In this document: positions 17,906 to 26,243 of the stretch, piece after piece
Layout of the letters: every line of letters starts with the position of its first letter
Numbering within the stretch: position 1 is the stretch's first letter
From: Paracoccaceae bacterium
Lineage (GTDB): Bacteria; Pseudomonadota; Alphaproteobacteria; Rhodobacterales; Rhodobacteraceae
Direction of reading: 5' to 3'
Assembly (NCBI GenBank): GCA_965242975.1
Contig: CBDETS010000007.1
Span: 5,099,563-5,163,562, forward strand
DNA: 64,000 bases
The notes under the pieces: model-generated
Told to the model about the DNA's origin: nothing
The model's database searches: none
What the model saw: only the letters and a program-made list of their open reading frames with translations
Translations under genes and position numbers: made by a program

Positions 17906-19407
17906 TGACCAGGCCGAACGTCCTTCTCATCGTCTGCGATCACTGGGCCGCCGAGCACCTCGGTGTGGCCGGCAATCCCGCGATCCTGACCCCCGGGCTC
18001 GACGAGATCGCATCCTGCGGGATCAGGTACACCAACGCCTATTCCGAATGCCCGGTCTGCGTGCCGGCCCGCAGGACCCTGATGACCGGCATGTCGCCGC
18101 GATCCCACGGCGACCGTGTCTTTGACGACCAGTTGACGTTTCCGAAGGTCACCACGCTCGCAACTGCCTTCAAGCAAGCGGGCTACCAGGCGCAGGCGGT
18201 CGGCAAGCTCCATGTGAACCCTCAACGTGACCGCATCGGCTTCGATGACGTGATACTTGACGACGAGGGCCGCTCCCAGTCCGGCGTGGCCGACGACTAC
18301 GACATCTACCTCGGCGATGAGGGTTATCCCGGCCGTCAGTTCGATCACGGCATGTCGAACAACCAGTATCACTGGCGTCCGTGGCACTTGCCCGAGGAAC
18401 ATCACGCAACCAACTGGTCCGCCCGAATGTTGGCCCGCCAGATCAAGCGCCGCGATCCCACGCGTCCGTCGTTCTGGTACCTCGGCTTCCGTCACCCGCA
18501 TCCTCCGTTGGTGCCACCGCAGTCCGCCGTCGACCTGTACCGAAACGTTGAAATCGATAGGCCCCACGTTGGCGATTGGGCGCGGTCCGACGACCTTCCG
18601 TTCCCGATCCAGGCGCTCCGGGCCCGAACGAACCTCTACACCGGCGCGCAACTGCTGGAGGCCAGGCGTGCCTTCTACGCGCTCTGCACCCAGATCGATC
18701 ACCAGATCCGCTATCTCGTCGGAACGCTCCGGATCGAAGGCATCCTCGATGACACGATCGTCATGTTTGCCTCCGACCACGGCGACATGCTCGGAAACCA
18801 CGGGATGGTGGCCAAACGCGTGTTCTACGAGAGTTCTGCCAACATCCCGATGATCCTGATGCCCGACAAGGGTAACCCGCGTGTCCCCGAAGGCACGGTC
18901 GACGACCGCCTGGTTGCCTTCGCCGACGTCATGCCGACGCTCCTGGATCTCGCCGGTATCGAGCCGCCTGAGACCGTCGACGGTGTCTCGATGGTTGGCG
19001 ATGACCTCCGAACCCGGATCTACGGCGAATGCGGCGAAGACGACCACGCCACCCGCATGATTCGGACCGATCGCTGGAAACTGATCTACTACCCGGTCGG
19101 AAACCACTTCCAGCTCTTTGATCTCGATGCCGACCGGCATGAGGCGACCGATCTCGCGTGTGACCCGGCCCATGCCGGCACGCTTGCCGACCTCAAGTCC
19201 AGGCTGTTGCGCGAACTGTACGGCTCCGACCGCGACTGGCTGACCGACGGACATTTCACCGGCAAGCCTGACCGCCCTTTCAACTGGGCTCCGCACCGCA
19301 GCCTCAACAGCCAGCGTGGCGACGGTTGGCCACCCGGGCCCGTCGTTGACATCCCGCAGATCGAATGGACCCGCGAGCGCGGACCGGAATGGCCGTCGAA
19401 CACATGA
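17902..19407 (+). CDS. Sulfatase (Cys-type), tandem paralogue A
   Basis: 501 aa: ..RPNVLLIVCDHW...ECPVCVPARRTLMTG...VMFASDHGDMLGNHG. Its start overlaps the previous stop. Confidence 0.9.
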   Translation: MMTRPNVLLIVCDHWAAEHLGVAGNPAILTPGLDEIASCGIRYTNAYSECPVCVPARRTLMTGMSPRSHGDRVFDDQLTFPKVTTLATAFKQAGYQAQAVGKLHVNPQRDRIGFDDVILDDEGRSQSGVADDYDIYLGDEGYPGRQFDHGMSNNQYHWRPWHLPEEHHATNWSARMLARQIKRRDPTRPSFWYLGFRHPHPPLVPPQSAVDLYRNVEIDRPHVGDWARSDDLPFPIQALRARTNLYTGAQLLEARRAFYALCTQIDHQIRYLVGTLRIEGILDDTIVMFASDHGDMLGNHGMVAKRVFYESSANIPMILMPDKGNPRVPEGTVDDRLVAFADVMPTLLDLAGIEPPETVDGVSMVGDDLRTRIYGECGEDDHATRMIRTDRWKLIYYPVGNHFQLFDLDADRHEATDLACDPAHAGTLADLKSRLLRELYGSDRDWLTDGHFTGKPDRPFNWAPHRSLNSQRGDGWPPGPVVDIPQIEWTRERGPEWPSNT

Positions 19408-20897
19408 CCCGGCCGAATGTCCTCCTCATCGTTGCCGACCACTGGCCCGCCGCCCTGTTGGGCACGGCCGGTCACCCCGCGATACACACGCCCGTTCTTG
19501 ACCAACTGGCCCGAAACGGCATCCGCTATACGAATGCCTACTCGGAAACCCCGGTGTGCCTGCCTGCGCGCCGCACGCTCATGACCGGCTGCATGCCGCG
19601 TCAACACGGTGACCGCACGTTTCAGCCGTATCGATCCATGGAGCCTCACCTGCCGACGCTTGCCCAGTGCTTCCGTGACGCCGGTTACCAGGCCTATGCC
19701 GTCGGCAAGACGCACACCTATCCGCAACGCGACCGGATTGGTTTTGACGACATCCAGCTCGATGACGAAGGCCGCACCCTGTACGGAGTCACGGACGACT
19801 ACGAGATCTTCCTCGGCGATCAAGGCTACATCGGCCGGCAGTTCGGCCACGGCATGTCGAACAATGCCTATCAGGCGACGGCCTGGCATCTGCCCGAACA
19901 TGTCCACGTGACCAATTGGGCGACCGACACCTTGGCCCGCTACGTCCGCCGGCGAGACCCCGGCCGGCCGAGTTTCTGGTACCTTGGCTACCGCCACCCG
20001 CACCCGCCACTGGTTCCACCGCAACGATTCCTGGACCACTACGCCGATGTCGAGATCGACATGCCCTGCACGGGCGACTGGGCCGAAGGCGATCTGCCCT
20101 ACCACCTGCAGGGCGTACGGGCCCGCGGGATCTACTCGGAACGCGAGACGAGGTGGGCGCGGCGCGCCTTCTACGCGCTCTGCACCCACATCGACCAGCA
20201 GATCGGGGCGCTCATCGGCACAATCCGCGAGGAGGGCATCCTCGATGAAACCGTCATCATGTTCACCTCCGACCACGGCGACATGCTTGGCGACCACGGC
20301 CTCTGGGCCAAGCAGACCTTCTACGAAGGTTCGGCCAACGTTCCGATGATCCTGGTGGGAGAGGCTGGCGACAGGAAGATCGGCTTTGGCCGGACCGATG
20401 ATCGCCTGGTCGGTCTGCAGGACGTCATGCCGACCCTCCTGGGCCTTGCCGGGATCGGTGTTCCCGAACACCTCGACGGCCGATCCATGGTGACCGGGGA
20501 CCGCCGTGGCCACATCTACGGTGAATTCGGGGAGGAGCAGCATTCGTCCCGCATGATGCGTGACCAGCGTTTCAAGATGATCTGGTACCCGTGCGGCAAC
20601 CACACCCAGCTTTTCGACCTCGACTGCGATCCCGAGGAGATGAATGATCTTGGCGCCGATCCCGCCTACGCGGATGTCGTCGCAAGTCTCAAGGCGAAAC
20701 TGCGCTCCGAGATGTACGGGTCCGATGCAAAGTGGCTCGATGGAGACGAAATCGTGGGAGAACCCGGGCGTGGGTTCCATCCGGGTCCAAACCGTGGCCT
20801 TTCACTCACACGCGGCCATCAGTGGCCGGTGCCGCCGATCAATTCCAAGGGCGACATGGTCTTTTTCCCTGAAGCTCCGCCTCCCGAAAATGATTAG
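19404..20897 (+). CDS. Sulfatase (Cys-type), tandem paralogue B
   Basis: MTRPNVLLIVADHW...ETPVCLPARRTLMTG...IMFTSDHGDMLGDHG. The ATG at 19404 overlaps the previous TGA (ATGA). It is collinear with the 17902..19407 protein. Confidence 0.9.
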   Translation: MTRPNVLLIVADHWPAALLGTAGHPAIHTPVLDQLARNGIRYTNAYSETPVCLPARRTLMTGCMPRQHGDRTFQPYRSMEPHLPTLAQCFRDAGYQAYAVGKTHTYPQRDRIGFDDIQLDDEGRTLYGVTDDYEIFLGDQGYIGRQFGHGMSNNAYQATAWHLPEHVHVTNWATDTLARYVRRRDPGRPSFWYLGYRHPHPPLVPPQRFLDHYADVEIDMPCTGDWAEGDLPYHLQGVRARGIYSERETRWARRAFYALCTHIDQQIGALIGTIREEGILDETVIMFTSDHGDMLGDHGLWAKQTFYEGSANVPMILVGEAGDRKIGFGRTDDRLVGLQDVMPTLLGLAGIGVPEHLDGRSMVTGDRRGHIYGEFGEEQHSSRMMRDQRFKMIWYPCGNHTQLFDLDCDPEEMNDLGADPAYADVVASLKAKLRSEMYGSDAKWLDGDEIVGEPGRGFHPGPNRGLSLTRGHQWPVPPINSKGDMVFFPEAPPPEND

Positions 20898-21115
20898 CGC
20901 CACATGCGCACATGCGCCCGCCGCCACGGCCTGTCAAACCGATCCTCTTCAATTCGATTTACGTCCAAGTCGACACCGGATGTCAATCGAGTACGCTCTC
21001 TCGCGGCTTCCGCACCGTGGTGACAGGGAACTGGCGCGCGGTTCGCGATCCGGACCATCCTGTTTTCCGTGTGGTGGGGAACCAACTGGCCCCACTCCGG
21101 CAGGGCCTCATTATT

Positions 21116-21178
21116 TGCTATCAATAGTGTGGCACGCTTGCATTATGCTGTCATTATAGTTATCTTGATAGCATCAAG
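21116..21178. promoter_or_regulatory. Candidate FitA-type operator (TGCTATCA ... TGATAGCA half-sites)
   Basis: TGCTATCA at 21116-21123 and TGATAGCA at 21166-21173. The latter lies inside the local palindrome CTTGAT-AGC-ATCAAG (21164-21178). The region ends 16 nt upstream of the antitoxin ATG. Confidence 0.45.
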
Positions 21179-21193
21179 AATGGGGCCGAGATC

Positions 21194-21433
21194 ATGAGTC
21201 AAATGACTGTTCGAAATATTCCCGATCAGCAATACGCCGCTCTGAAACGTGTGGCAGCATCCAACAACCGGAGTGCTGAAGCCGAGGTGCGTCATTTGAT
21301 TGCACAGCGTGTCGGCGCCCAGGTCGGCAATGGTCTTGGATCGAAATTGGTAAGCAAATACAGCGGTATCGTAGATCAGGAGTTTCAGTTTGTACGTGAT
21401 CATACATCCAGCGATCCGGTGCCGTTCGAATGA
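21194..21433 (+). CDS. Ribbon-helix-helix antitoxin, FitA/VapB-like
   Basis: 79 aa: MSQMTVRNIPDQQYAALKRVAASNNRSAEAEVRHLI.., an RHH N-terminal beta-strand followed by two helices. Its stop overlaps the start of the PIN gene. Confidence 0.8.
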   Translation: MSQMTVRNIPDQQYAALKRVAASNNRSAEAEVRHLIAQRVGAQVGNGLGSKLVSKYSGIVDQEFQFVRDHTSSDPVPFE

Positions 21434-21876
21434 TCATCGTCGACACGATGGTTCTTTCGGAACCGTTCAAGCCCCGGCCCGATTCTTTCGTTGTCAGCTG
21501 GCTGGACCGGCAAATCCCGGGTGACCTGTTTGTGACGACGATCAGTCAGGCGGAAATGGAGTACGGGCTTTGGGCGATGCCGGAAGGCAAACGGCGGGTG
21601 CAGTTGCGTCGCGGAATCACGGAACTGTTCGAAGTCGACTTTTCCGGGCGCATTTTGCCGTTTGATTCGCGCGCTGCGGTGATGTTCGGCACGAACATTG
21701 CGCTCGCGCGGGAGAAGCACGGCAAGGATGCGGTAAAGGACATGGATGGAATGATTGCGGCAATTGCAATCAGTCATGATCGTTGTCGAATCGCGACACG
21801 GGATCGTCGCCCCTACGAGTTGATGGGCGTGGACGTGATCGATCCGTGGACGGAGCGGACACAAGGGTCAGATTGA
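21430..21876 (+). CDS. vapC: PIN-domain toxin, VapC/FitB-like
   Basis: 148 aa: MIIVDTMVLSE (first acidic residue) ...ISQAEMEYG...DGMIAAIAISH... The ATGA overlap with the antitoxin gives the classic type II TA layout. Confidence 0.85.
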   Translation: MIIVDTMVLSEPFKPRPDSFVVSWLDRQIPGDLFVTTISQAEMEYGLWAMPEGKRRVQLRRGITELFEVDFSGRILPFDSRAAVMFGTNIALAREKHGKDAVKDMDGMIAAIAISHDRCRIATRDRRPYELMGVDVIDPWTERTQGSD

Positions 21877-22061
21877 TGACAACAACGGCATCGTAGACCT
21901 GCGCGGAATCGCCGGGTACGGCTGAATTCTTGAGGAATCTCACGGTTGCCAATTCGTGCCGACAATGTCGCGCACGAGCAAACAAGTGATTCCTGACCTG
22001 TCGTGCGGTCCGGTGCGCATGTTTTCAGTGGTACGACGGAAAGTGATGGCAAACGTTCCCT

Positions 22062-22328
22062 CTTCAAAGCCCGAAAGTCCGGACATCAGGCGGCTGGATT
22101 CTAGTCCCAAATGATAGACAACGCGTCCGGCAAGCAATTTTGGCGGATTGGTGAAGTCTGAACGATCATGTGAGACCAAGCGCCAGCGGGTCAGGATTAC
22201 GGCCATCCGGCGCCGCCGCTCGCGAAGGGCGGTTACTTCCCTGCTTCCCAATGCTGCATTGAAGCAGCCATCAACGAGGCACAATCTTCGGGTGGATTTC
22301 TCGTGTGAGCATCTTGCCGAAGACCGTG
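22062..22328 (+). repeat. Direct repeat copy 1 (promoter plus first ~70 codons of a DUF4172-Fic gene)
   Basis: It aligns by eye to 24132-24402. Examples: TCAAAG.CGAAAGTCCGGA..TCAGGCGGCTG.ATTC; TTGGCGGAT.GGTGAAGTC.G.ACGATC.TGTGAGACC.AGCG.CAGC.GGTC.GGATT; GGCGCCG.CGCTCGC....GGCGGTTA.TTCCCTGCTTCCC; GTGTGAGCATC.TG.CGAAG.CCGTG. Confidence 0.7.
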
Positions 22329-23133
22329 TAGGGATCGGTCCTGTTCCCTGAGAGCAGCTATGCCTACGTGTCGTTCGTCGACGACATCTACCGGAACGAC
22401 GCTTGTCATTCGTTGTCGATCGGAGGTTACGGCGTGCCATACGAATTGATTGAACGGGTACGCTCAGGCCAATGGGACCCACTCCGGATTGGTGCGGTGC
22501 GACAAGACCGGGACACGCTTGCGGCGCTCGGTTGCTTGCAGCCATTTCAACTTGTCAGAGAAACTGTCAGCGAGGTGACCAGCGGTGCGAATCCGGGCAA
22601 CTTGGTCCACACGGCTCATCGGGATCGTTACCCGGGAGAAACTTCGGCCCGGTGCTGCCGAAGGACTCATCGGCACAGGCTTGCTTGCGGGTTGCCGAAA
22701 CGACGCCGCGTTTCTGCGTGACTCGCGCCACGTACCTCCCCGATGGGAACAGTGCGTGAAGCGGTGCCTGCATTGTTCGACCTGCTTGAAAACGAAACAA
22801 AACCATCAGTGCGCGCCGTCCTGGGGCACCGGCTCTTCAGCTACATTCGTCCATCTCCGGACAACAACGCGGTTGGCGCGGTTTCTCATGAACGCCATGC
22901 AGGCCTCTGGCGGTTATCCGTGGGCCGTGATCCACTTGGAGCACCGTGATGCCTATATCGCCGCTCTTGAACGTGTCACCGTTTTTCAGGACATTGAGCC
23001 ATTTGCACGGTTAGTGGCAGGCCAGATGAAGTGGTCGATGGAACGACAGGTTCAACCGGGATCTCCACAATTCGTACGGTATGCATCGACCAAACCCCGA
23101 TTCAGAACAAGGGCAGTTTCTTGCCGGCAGTGA
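22111..23133 (+). pseudogene. Fic-family (DUF4172 N-terminus) AMPylase gene, heavily decayed
   Basis: From the ATG at 22111 the frame reads MIDNASGKQFWRIGEV*TIM*DQ...IEAAINEAQSSGGFLV*ASCRR.. (in-frame TGAs at 22159, 22171 and 22306). Later pieces lie in other frames: ..PLRIGAVRQD.., ..REAVPALFDLLENETKPSVRAVLGHRLFSYIRPSPDNNAVGA.., then ..RLARFLMNAMQASGGYPWAVIHLEHRDAYIAALE... The Fic motif HPFxDGNGRxxR is degraded to RPSPDNNAVGA and is split by a frameshift. Confidence 0.6.
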
Positions 23134-23249
23134 CGATAGCTCCAGCCCCGGGATTTGAGGTAGTTGCGGCCGTGTCCACACATCGATACGGCTCGCCCTA
23201 TTGACACCGATTCCGTAGGCGGGTGGCAGACATGGCAGGTCAACCCGGC

Positions 23250-23654
23250 TCAAAACGGATCCTCGATGCGCACACCGGCGGAGATAAAGTCGGATGCGTT
23301 TCCCGTCACAACTGTTGCGTCCCGTGCCAAGGCCTGGGCAGCAATCATCAGGTCGGCTCCGGTATGTCCGGTCCGGGCAGACAACTCGCCCCAAATCCGT
23401 GCATCCTGCGCTGTAACCGGAAGCAATCTGTCAGCGAACAGGCTGACGGTGCGGTTCAGCCAGTCGTGCAGATCTTCGGCGAACTCCGGGTTGGGTTTCC
23501 GCTGCAAATGAATGCCGCGCGCAATCTCGCCGAGAGTGATCACGCTCAGAAACAAGTCCCTTTCCCGTTTGTTTGCCAGCCAGGCAGCGACCTTCGGTGC
23601 CCGCTCGGACCGTCGGACGGCCGAGATCACATTGGTATCGAGGATGTACTTCAA
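23250..23654 (-). CDS. vapC: PIN-domain toxin VapC
   Basis: 134 aa: MKYILDTNVISA...SVITLGEIARG...GADLMIAAQALARDATVVTGNASDF. It overlaps the upstream antitoxin stop. Confidence 0.85.
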   Translation of the reverse strand: MKYILDTNVISAVRRSERAPKVAAWLANKRERDLFLSVITLGEIARGIHLQRKPNPEFAEDLHDWLNRTVSLFADRLLPVTAQDARIWGELSARTGHTGADLMIAAQALARDATVVTGNASDFISAGVRIEDPF

Positions 23655-23893
23655 AACGCTACATCCCGCGGCCGCAGTGATGTACGGTCCTCGTCCGTAC
23701 CGGGAAACGACATCACATGATCGGCAAAGCTTTGGCGATGCGCTTTTGCCCCAGCCGTCAGGCGATCATATTCCTCGATCGAAACAACAACCACGGCCGG
23801 TTTGCCTCGACGCGATACGTGCTGCGGACGACCGGCCAAGGCCGCGTCTACAACGGCACTGAACCGGTTTTTTGCGTCTTGAAGTGACAACAT
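23651..23893 (-). CDS. Phd/YefM-family antitoxin
   Basis: MLSLQDAKNRFSAVVDAALAGRPQHVSRRGKPAVVVVSIEEYDRL.. I prefer the ATG at 23893, which follows a GGAGAG Shine-Dalgarno, over the track start at 23944. Confidence 0.8.
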   Translation of the reverse strand: MLSLQDAKNRFSAVVDAALAGRPQHVSRRGKPAVVVVSIEEYDRLTAGAKAHRQSFADHVMSFPGTDEDRTSLRPRDVAF

Positions 23894-24131
23894 GTGACTC
23901 TCCATTTGTCTAGACTGATAGCTAGATATACCGACATTTGCCATCTTTCAACAATTGAGACTGCAGTGGAGCCTAGATCCTTAATCGTGGGATTTCTCTT
24001 GTTCGATCTGGTTGATTTGGGAGTTGCGGCTCGCGTGCCTTTGCGAGATTCGCGTTGGTGATCGCGGCCCCTAATGAGTTTCCGCTCTGACAGGCCCAGA
24101 TTGGCCCGAATCAGCATATGAAATCGAAATC

Positions 24132-24402
24132 TCTCAAAGTCTTGAAAGTCCGGATGTCAGCCGGCTGAATTCAAACGTTGAACGATAATCAACCCGCCCT
24201 CCCGGCAACATTGGCGGATGGGTGAAGTCCGGACGATCGTGTGAGACCGAGCGACAGCAGGTCGGGATTTCAGAATTCGGCGCCGGCGCTCGCCGACGGC
24301 GGTTATTTCCCTGCTTCCCGGTCCTGCCTTGATGAAGTCGCCATCAGCGAAGCCCAGTCTACATGCGGACTCCCCAGTGTGAGCATCCTGGCGAAGGCCG
24401 TG
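24132..24402 (+). repeat. Direct repeat copy 2 (orphan 5' fragment of a second DUF4172-Fic gene; pseudogene)
   Basis: Homologous to 22062-22328. The start codon is mutated (ACG at 24182 where copy 1 has ATG). It shares in-frame TGAs with copy 1 (24242-24244 and 24380-24382), and has one 3-nt and two compensating 1-nt indels. Similarity stops at about 24402, so the Fic body is absent. Confidence 0.6.
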
Positions 24403-24866
24403 CCGAATTGGTGTTTTGAATTTTTTGGCGAAACTGGGCCAAACCGGCTGCATCTCCGGTCGAATCAGGAATGACCGTCACCTCGGGATCGAATCGCGGA
24501 ACGAGACTTGCGGGACTGACCTGGCGCTGAGGCAGGCTCATGTCAGAGCATGAGCGTTACGTTTTGAGGGGGGGCTCCGTCCTGGATTGTGCGATGCCGA
24601 CGGGAAACCTCTCCTCTCGCTTCTGATCAGGTCTCTTCGGGCCGGTCACTGGGGGCGGTTTCCATCCAGGCCCGTGCGCGGCTTTTCACGTACCCGAGGC
24701 CATCGGTGGCCCGCACTGGCAATCAACCCGAGAGGCGATCTGACTTCTTCCGTGAGGCGTCGCGGTCAAGCGACGAAGTACGCCGACATCTGCCGCATCC
24801 ATGTCGGGACCGGTTCTGTCGCGGCGTGGAGTTTTGAGGCAGGGCCCTGACGTCTTGAGAGAGAGT

Positions 24867-25700
24867 TCAGTAAAAGCGCGCCTCGTAACTGTTCGCGATG
24901 AGGGACACGTGAGTGTCGAGGGGCGGGCGTAGTTCGAAGGCCCTGGGTTTTCGAGCGAAGTTCCAAAGCCGTAGCAGGCGCCACTCTGCGGGCCGGTTTT
25001 CCGCGACGTTCAGTTCGTTCCGGGTGATATGGAAAGGCGTTCGCTCCCAGCCATTCGTGGTCTTGACTTCGATCAGTCGCACCTGGCCTTCGGGGGAATA
25101 GCTTGCGATGTCGTATCCAGCCCCGTCGCCGTCTCTTTCCGATACCCATCTCACGCGTTGCGCAAGATCGCGACGGCCGGCACCCGCGAGGAATGCCCGT
25201 TCATGGAAAAGTACACGCTCTTCGCCGGCACGTCCCAGTACCCGATTCCGCTCGGCTCGCGCGGCCGCGTCGAATTTTCGCGCGATCGCCTGCATCTGTT
25301 CAAGTTCGCTGGGTGGAGGGTGATTTCTGAGTGTCGGTGGCGGTTCGACGACGAGTTGGGCTGGATCCTGAGTAGCGAACTTGCGGCTTGCATCTGGTAC
25401 GGATTCCTGGAATTCGGGGTGCCGGTGCAGCCAGCGAGCGACCGCATCGGCGAGTGACATCTGAATATTGGATGCGGGCAGGTAACCGGTGATCCAGGTC
25501 TCGCCAAGCCCCTTCAACACGGTGCTGATATTGCGGTGCTTGAATTCGATTGCCGGGCGGCTGCGGTTGATTCGTGCTCTCAGGCGGCGGTTGTGCTCAG
25601 CCTTGACGTAGGGCCGTCCAGCGAGGTCGGCCGCAAGCATCGCGAAATAGTCCGCGACGATGAGGTCATTCTCGTCATCTGTCCAGGGGCCTGCCGCCAT
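24867..25700 (-). CDS. DUF3883 (restriction-endonuclease-like fold) domain protein with an N-terminal putative sensor domain
   Basis: 277 aa. The C-terminus ..GAGYDIASYSPEGQVRLIEVKTTNGWERTPFHITRNELNVAENRPAEWRLLRLWNF.. matches the DUF3883 core (GyGyDI..-IEVK-T....F.lT.NE). The N-terminus PWTDDENDLIVADYFAML...RSRPAIEFKHRNISTVL..GY resembles N-terminal modules seen on HNH/type IV restriction-like proteins. Confidence 0.75.
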   Translation of the reverse strand: MAAGPWTDDENDLIVADYFAMLAADLAGRPYVKAEHNRRLRARINRSRPAIEFKHRNISTVLKGLGETWITGYLPASNIQMSLADAVARWLHRHPEFQESVPDASRKFATQDPAQLVVEPPPTLRNHPPPSELEQMQAIARKFDAAARAERNRVLGRAGEERVLFHERAFLAGAGRRDLAQRVRWVSERDGDGAGYDIASYSPEGQVRLIEVKTTNGWERTPFHITRNELNVAENRPAEWRLLRLWNFARKPRAFELRPPLDTHVSLIANSYEARFY

Positions 25701-26243
25701 GCGGAAAGCGTAACACTGACGAGATTGTTGTCAAACGGCGCCGCGCTCCCAAAGACCGTCACGTTCGGGGGAGGTGAACGTTGTCGTGGTCCGGGCATTT
25801 TGACCGGACAATCCGTGTCCGCCTCGACCGACGGATGCGGCTGACGCCAACCTACGTCGTTCCGTGCCCCGCGCTGGGATTGCGCGACAGGCCGCAATGG
25901 ACGTTCCAATCCGTCGCGTCACCGGCCGTGTGGCCGGACGGGTGAATGAACTGGTGGGTCATCGGATTCGGGTGACGCAGTTCGTGCGATCAACACTGTG
26001 AGGGTGCCCGTCCCGATCGCCGCTCCCAGGATGCGAGCCTTGGAAACACACATGTGCCCAGCAACGGAACCGGCGTCCGGCTGAAACTCGGAAAATCAAA
26101 ACAGAACAATAATAGGTCAAACAGCCTGCTTGCGGGCCATGCAACGATCGGCAATACTCGTTGGCCGATGTCCCGGCCGTGGAGCCCCCGTCAAGGAGGA
26201 TTGGCCGGAATGCGCGGGTACGTACTGTTCCCGGAGAGTTCGA

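Noticed and set aside
20898-21115. tRNA-like T-arm word (GGTTCGCGATCC) that could mark an island integration site next to the sulfatase operon.
   Set aside because: No acceptor, D or anticodon arms can be folded around it, and it has no matching direct repeat at the other end of the island.
22070-22160. GAAAGTCCGGA / GAAGTCCGGAC words in both repeat copies, reminiscent of the conserved RNase P RNA (GGAAAGUCCGG) or of a cobalamin-riboswitch-like GGTGAAxxCCGG.
   Set aside because: None of the other conserved elements of those RNAs is present. The segment is better explained as the promoter and first codons of a Fic N-terminal domain, given its protein-level match and a clean 3-nt indel between copies.
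22159-22308. In-frame TGAs in the Fic copies and in the ArsR-type gene (6161-6163) as possible recoding (TGA=Trp or selenocysteine).
   Set aside because: TGA is used as a genuine stop throughout the window, including more than 10 ATGA-coupled junctions. The same genes also carry frameshifts, a lost start codon and eroded catalytic motifs. I saw no SECIS-like hairpin.
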